From Bacillota bacterium (GTDB lineage Bacteria; Bacillota; Clostridia; Acetivibrionales; DTU013): a DNA stretch of 64,000 nucleotides. The notes below the pieces were generated by a model. The model was not told the DNA's origin. It searched no databases and saw only the letters and a program-made list of their open reading frames with translations. The stretch is from the NCBI GenBank assembly GCA_023439545.1, contig JAEXNT010000001.1, positions 8,827-72,826 of the forward strand. Direction: 5' to 3'. Position numbers and translations under genes: made by a program. How positions within the stretch are numbered: the first letter of the stretch is position 1; each line of letters begins with the position of its first letter. Positions 60,043-64,000 of this stretch are shown piece by piece.

Positions 60043-61199
60043 ATAAAACTATCAGTAAAATTATTTTCGCGGCACTTTTGACAGCGCCTTTTTCATTCGG
60101 GTCGTACTTTATAACGGGACTGTATTCCTGGAATAGAGTCGAACTGCTGCATTCCGTAGCGGTTTTGGCAGCCTGGCTTTTTATGAATGTCATGCTGTTT
60201 ATTACATTTTTCACGGGAAAAACAGACAGGGTAAGGGCAATAATGTTTATAACGATGGCAATAGCTTTTCCCATCGGGTTCATTCTGCAGCTGTTCGAAA
60301 CAAGGGGGCGCCTTATGGCTGCGACCATGTCCGATGTTATATCGGGAAGCGTTCCTTTTTGCCACATAGTTATCCCGCAAACGATAATACCCGCCGTTTT
60401 AAGTAAACAGATCATTTTCCCGGGAACAATGGATCTGGGCTTTCAGTATTCAGCCAGCTTCATGATAATTTTCTGGCTCGGAGCGTCACTGTTAATAGGC
60501 AGGGGTTGGTGCAGCTGGACCTGCTTCTATGGCGGCTGGGAAGACGGCTGCTCCAGGCTGTCGAAGAAAGCAGGCATCAAGCTGAATCCCAAGCTCGTTT
60601 GGGGGGCGGCAGCCGTATTGATACTGGTGATTATTACCGCAATTGAAACAGCTTCGCCTACCTATTGCTTATGGCTGTGTCCTTTCAAGGCCTGTTCGGA
60701 ATTTTTCGAGGTCGCGTCGCCCTTGCTGGTGGTGCAGACAGTGATATTCATTTTGCTCTTCATCGGCCTCGTTATCATACTGCCGTTTCTCAGCAAAAAA
60801 AGGGTGCAATGTATGGCGTTTTGTCCCTTTGGAGCATTCCAATCCATCGTGGACAAGGTCAACCCTTTTGATATCAGAATCGACAAGGCAAAGTGCCTGA
60901 AATGCAAAAAGTGTATCAAGGAATGCCCTGTCATGGCTGTCAGCGAGGCTTCGCTCGAAAAAGGGAAAATGGGCTTCAACTGCAACAAATGCGGAAAATG
61001 TGTGGATCTGTGCCCCGGAAAGGCAGTGCATTACCACATAAAGGGGACTCCGGTGGGAGGAGTGTTTGCCAGGACAGCGCGTATCATTTTCCTGTACTTC
61101 GCATTCACGATTTTTGCGGGAATAGGGGCAGGCATTATATCGTCGGCGTTATACAGGATACTGCTTCTGATAACCACGGGGAGCCTGTTGAATAAATAA
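60039..61199 (+). CDS. NapH/NosR-like polytopic 4Fe-4S ferredoxin-type membrane protein
   Basis: ATGA start/stop overlap with the upstream gene. CSWTCFYGGW and CPFGAF motifs plus two CxxCxxCxxxCP clusters (CLKCKKCIKECP, CNKCGKCVDLCP). Confidence 0.85.
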   Translation: MNKTISKIIFAALLTAPFSFGSYFITGLYSWNRVELLHSVAVLAAWLFMNVMLFITFFTGKTDRVRAIMFITMAIAFPIGFILQLFETRGRLMAATMSDVISGSVPFCHIVIPQTIIPAVLSKQIIFPGTMDLGFQYSASFMIIFWLGASLLIGRGWCSWTCFYGGWEDGCSRLSKKAGIKLNPKLVWGAAAVLILVIITAIETASPTYCLWLCPFKACSEFFEVASPLLVVQTVIFILLFIGLVIILPFLSKKRVQCMAFCPFGAFQSIVDKVNPFDIRIDKAKCLKCKKCIKECPVMAVSEASLEKGKMGFNCNKCGKCVDLCPGKAVHYHIKGTPVGGVFARTARIIFLYFAFTIFAGIGAGIISSALYRILLLITTGSLLNK

Positions 61200-61221
61200 G
61201 AGGATAAGTTTGGAGGAGTTT

Positions 61222-61770
61222 ATGAATATAAGGTTGTCGATCGTAATAAAAGCAATCGTCGGGATCGTCTGGACCGCAGTATTCGCGACCTGCGGAATAA
61301 TGCTGTTCATGGGTATCGGGGCATGGGCGAAGACCCTGCTTATCGAAAATAATGTGCAAATAATTTCAAAGTATACCGGCGGGGATACCAGCTATGAAAA
61401 GGACGAGGGCGGCTTACTTATGGTAGTCCATGAACCGGTGCAGGATGGGATATTCGTCAAGTCAAAGAAAAGCTTTGTCCAGGTTGACTGGCTTACAACA
61501 AGCAGCCTTCCCGAAAAGCTGGGCGGGAAAGTTGATATGGACAGTGATGGGCGTGATGACCTGCTGGTCGAAATAGACGCGAAAAACAATAAGGCGGCAT
61601 ATGAAGCATACGGCTCGAAAATCGAAGGCCTCGCCTCCAGGAGTTCCGTAGCGGATTTTATCTTCAAAAGGGATAAGGACGGCAAGGATGCCATTTATTA
61701 CTTCCGGAACCGAAATTATGGCGGCACGAAGTATAAGGAAGGGGTTTCTGTAAGATTTATCATTCGGTAA
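61222..61770 (+). CDS. Hypothetical N-terminally anchored protein (182 aa)
   Basis: TM anchor, then a charged domain (DMDSDGRDDLLVEID). No family recognised. Confidence 0.6.
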   Translation: MNIRLSIVIKAIVGIVWTAVFATCGIMLFMGIGAWAKTLLIENNVQIISKYTGGDTSYEKDEGGLLMVVHEPVQDGIFVKSKKSFVQVDWLTTSSLPEKLGGKVDMDSDGRDDLLVEIDAKNNKAAYEAYGSKIEGLASRSSVADFIFKRDKDGKDAIYYFRNRNYGGTKYKEGVSVRFIIR

Positions 61771-61780
61771 CGGCATTTCA

Positions 61781-62950
61781 TTATTTAAGCCTGCCGTAAT
61801 TGTTTATTTTTACTTCTACGTTGAACGAGGCACTGACCTTGGGGTAGATTTTTTCCCAGCCGTCCTTGCCGCCTATACTGTTCCAGTAATCATTTTCGTA
61901 GGCGCGGACCTTGTCCCCGATGCCCAACGTGTCGCAGCTTGCTTCCTTCAATTTATCGAATACCTCCCGCATTCTCCGGGCTATCTGTTCCTGCGCAGCC
62001 TTTGCCAGCCTGTTTTCCTTGTCCTCGTCCATCAGACTGTAAAACCTGTATTCTTCCAGTCCTGTCTCGAGTTTGATGTTATACGTCACTTCGGGTATTC
62101 CATCATTTATTTTTAATTCGAATTTATTTTTGATTCCCTGCAGGGATAAGGCGGCTTTTTTCTTCAGGCCTGCGAGTCCCTCGGGAGGAATGAAATATAT
62201 CATCGATTCCTTTCTACGGCCTTTCATCATCATCAGATAAGCGCTTTCCTGCGTATTCAGCCTGCCGGTCAGTTTCCCCCTGTGAAACAGCGCGCTGCCC
62301 GTGACCCTGACGCCGTCATCATCCATCGCAACCATGCATGTGATCGGGTCGATGCCCGGAATACTGCTTTCAACGTTGAAATCGATTATTGTCTCGGCGG
62401 GGCAATAGCCTGTTCGCGAATTGTCATCCACCAATTGATTTATGTAAATCCCCAAGGGCGGCTTGTTTTTTAAACTATGACCTTTTTTAATGAGGTCTCC
62501 GGCACTCCCGTCGACAATTATGACCCATGCAAGTACCGGATTTTTGGGGTCTCTTTCGAAAATATCCAGGAAATCCTGAAGCCCGATTTGTGCTATGCTT
62601 TTTCCAATGAGCAGGTTTTGTATTTTGCCCCCCTCCAGTTTGCTGGGAGATATTTCGTTAGATATCTCCCGGGCCTCTCTCAGAAGATCTGCCTCGGTAT
62701 CGATTATGTCTATAGGTATGCTGCCCGAGGTTTCACCGCCTCCGCCGGCCTTGCCGCCGCTTGTCTCAGAGCCGCCGGTTACAGGGTAGGTATAGGTCAC
62801 CAGCAGTTTGCCATTGTCGGAAGTGTCTATGCCAACGTTGACTATGAACGCTATTTTTTCGTATACTCTTTGATCAAGACATCCGTTTAAAGGCAGTATA
62901 AATAATGCTGCCGCCAAAACTTCAGCTATTCTCGCGGTTAAGGTTCGCAT
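61781..62950 (-). CDS. Ger(x)C-family spore germination lipoprotein
   Basis: Lipobox LPLNGC followed by a GerAC-like pattern. Overlaps the upstream gerxB gene by 13 nt. Confidence 0.9.
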   Translation of the reverse strand: MRTLTARIAEVLAAALFILPLNGCLDQRVYEKIAFIVNVGIDTSDNGKLLVTYTYPVTGGSETSGGKAGGGGETSGSIPIDIIDTEADLLREAREISNEISPSKLEGGKIQNLLIGKSIAQIGLQDFLDIFERDPKNPVLAWVIIVDGSAGDLIKKGHSLKNKPPLGIYINQLVDDNSRTGYCPAETIIDFNVESSIPGIDPITCMVAMDDDGVRVTGSALFHRGKLTGRLNTQESAYLMMMKGRRKESMIYFIPPEGLAGLKKKAALSLQGIKNKFELKINDGIPEVTYNIKLETGLEEYRFYSLMDEDKENRLAKAAQEQIARRMREVFDKLKEASCDTLGIGDKVRAYENDYWNSIGGKDGWEKIYPKVSASFNVEVKINNYGRLK

Positions 62951-64000
62951 TTTTTTCGTGCTTTTGCGCCTCCTTTTTTAAGGATAAGCGATATGAGCAA
63001 TATTATAACCGGCGTTGCTATACCGGCGCCGTAGCTCATGCTGCCCCCGAAATTGCCGAGGTTCTCCGCAATATCGACACTTTTTACCATTACCGACGAA
63101 ATTATCAGAATCAAACTAATGACGAGTATTACCCATAATGGCTTCTTTATTTTAAAAATCTTTCTGATCGAATCACATGTACAAAAGACGTAGGAATTTG
63201 TGCAAAGTATCATACCGGGTATCCATGAGGCGTAATAATACAGATCAATCCTCTCGAATATCGGGAATTTGACGAGCTTGGCCAGACTGGTGATCGGATA
63301 CAGGCTCAGGCTCGTATACTGGGTCCCGAATACACATATCGTTACTATTGAGGTAAAGGTAAAAAAGGAAGTTATTAGTGCCCCGGATACCCATATATAC
63401 TTTGTCAGATCCTTTTTATTGCTTATGTAGGGATATATAAACAGCAATAATTCAAAGCCCATATACGTAAATGAAATAAGCTTGAGGCCATTCAATATGG
63501 TCAGGGGCCCTGCTTCCCCGACAGGCAGCAGCATGGTGACCCTAAGCTTGGTCGAACCGTAAATGAGCAGCAGGGCTGTAATAAAAAGCATTATGTAAAG
63601 AATCACGTCAAACCTGCATATATTCTTCAAGCCCTTGCTTACCAGTATTATCGTCGGTGAAATGAGAAGAATTGCGACCAGAAGGGAAGGCGTATATTTA
63701 AAGAACCATAGCTTCATGGAAATCAGAAAAAATGTGAAGTTGGCGATGGAAGCGAATATCAGGTATGCGATCCATAAAAGGTTTAAAAAAGTACCGATAT
63801 ATTTTCCGAACAGCTGCCGGTCTATATCAAGTATCGAAGCGCCTCCAAATCTCCTGCACAATAACGATATGATCAATTTGGAGATAATTATCAGCAAACC
63901 TCCAAGTATCAGTACCATCCACCCGTCGTGACCGGCCGCATTTACCGCTACCCTTGCCACAGAAAGCACGCCTAAGGGAAATTGAGCAGCTATTATGAAT
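62938..64000 (-). CDS. Ger(x)B-type spore germination permease (N-terminus probably beyond the window end)
   Basis: About 10 TM segments, APC-like, in the canonical B-C order. The reading frame stays open to the window edge. Confidence 0.85.
   Translation of the reverse strand, partial: FIIAAQFPLGVLSVARVAVNAAGHDGWMVLILGGLLIIISKLIISLLCRRFGGASILDIDRQLFGKYIGTFLNLLWIAYLIFASIANFTFFLISMKLWFFKYTPSLLVAILLISPTIILVSKGLKNICRFDVILYIMLFITALLLIYGSTKLRVTMLLPVGEAGPLTILNGLKLISFTYMGFELLLFIYPYISNKKDLTKYIWVSGALITSFFTFTSIVTICVFGTQYTSLSLYPITSLAKLVKFPIFERIDLYYYASWIPGMILCTNSYVFCTCDSIRKIFKIKKPLWVILVISLILIISSVMVKSVDIAENLGNFGGSMSYGAGIATPVIILLISLILKKGGAKARKKCEP

Overview
This looks like a chromosomal segment from a spore-forming, plant-polysaccharide-degrading member of the Clostridia. 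Supporting genes are an alpha/beta-type SASP, Ger(x)B/Ger(x)C, CdaA/CdaR and two large GH10 xylanases. All calls come from reading the sequence and ORF track by eye; no searches were run. I support about 52 protein genes, one tRNA-Leu(UAG), one glmS ribozyme, and several intrinsic terminators and near-consensus sigma-A promoters. Layout: pheT 3' end; AraC regulator / GH4 glycosidase; SASP; pgi; DMT transporter; metallophosphoesterase; ArsR-PHP pair; a 687-bp ORF-free leader ahead of an ABC-F ATPase; an MCP; two tandem paralogous multidomain GH10 xylanases (12.7-19.7 kb); panE; tRNA-Leu followed by a compact HTH / m5C methyltransferase / unknown 310-aa protein / Vsr cassette (21.0-24.0 kb); BlaI/BlaR1-like pair; HAD hydrolase; AmmeMemoRadiSam genes; cdaA-cdaR-(2 inserted genes)-glmM; an antisense ATPase + hexapeptide-transferase pair; glmS ribozyme-(500 nt structured spacer)-HAD-glmS. 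A block that looks AT-richer by eye (about 43.0-58.3 kb) follows, with an SLH protein, a recD2 remnant, a YesM/YesN-type two-component system and a glycan-utilisation locus. The window ends with a membrane LuxR regulator plus a redox-membrane gene trio, then gerxC/gerxB. No CRISPR array, transposase or integrase was seen. The candidates I consider most worth follow-up are: (1) the tRNA-flanked MTase/unknown-protein/Vsr cassette, whose presumed nuclease has no signature I can recognise; (2) the unusual glmS-ribozyme architecture; (3) an anti-SD/decoy arrangement in the pgi leader; (4) the 7-TM LuxR + DsbD_2-like + NapH-like cluster; (5) the fused AmmeMemoRadiSam locus. None is proven novel from sequence alone.
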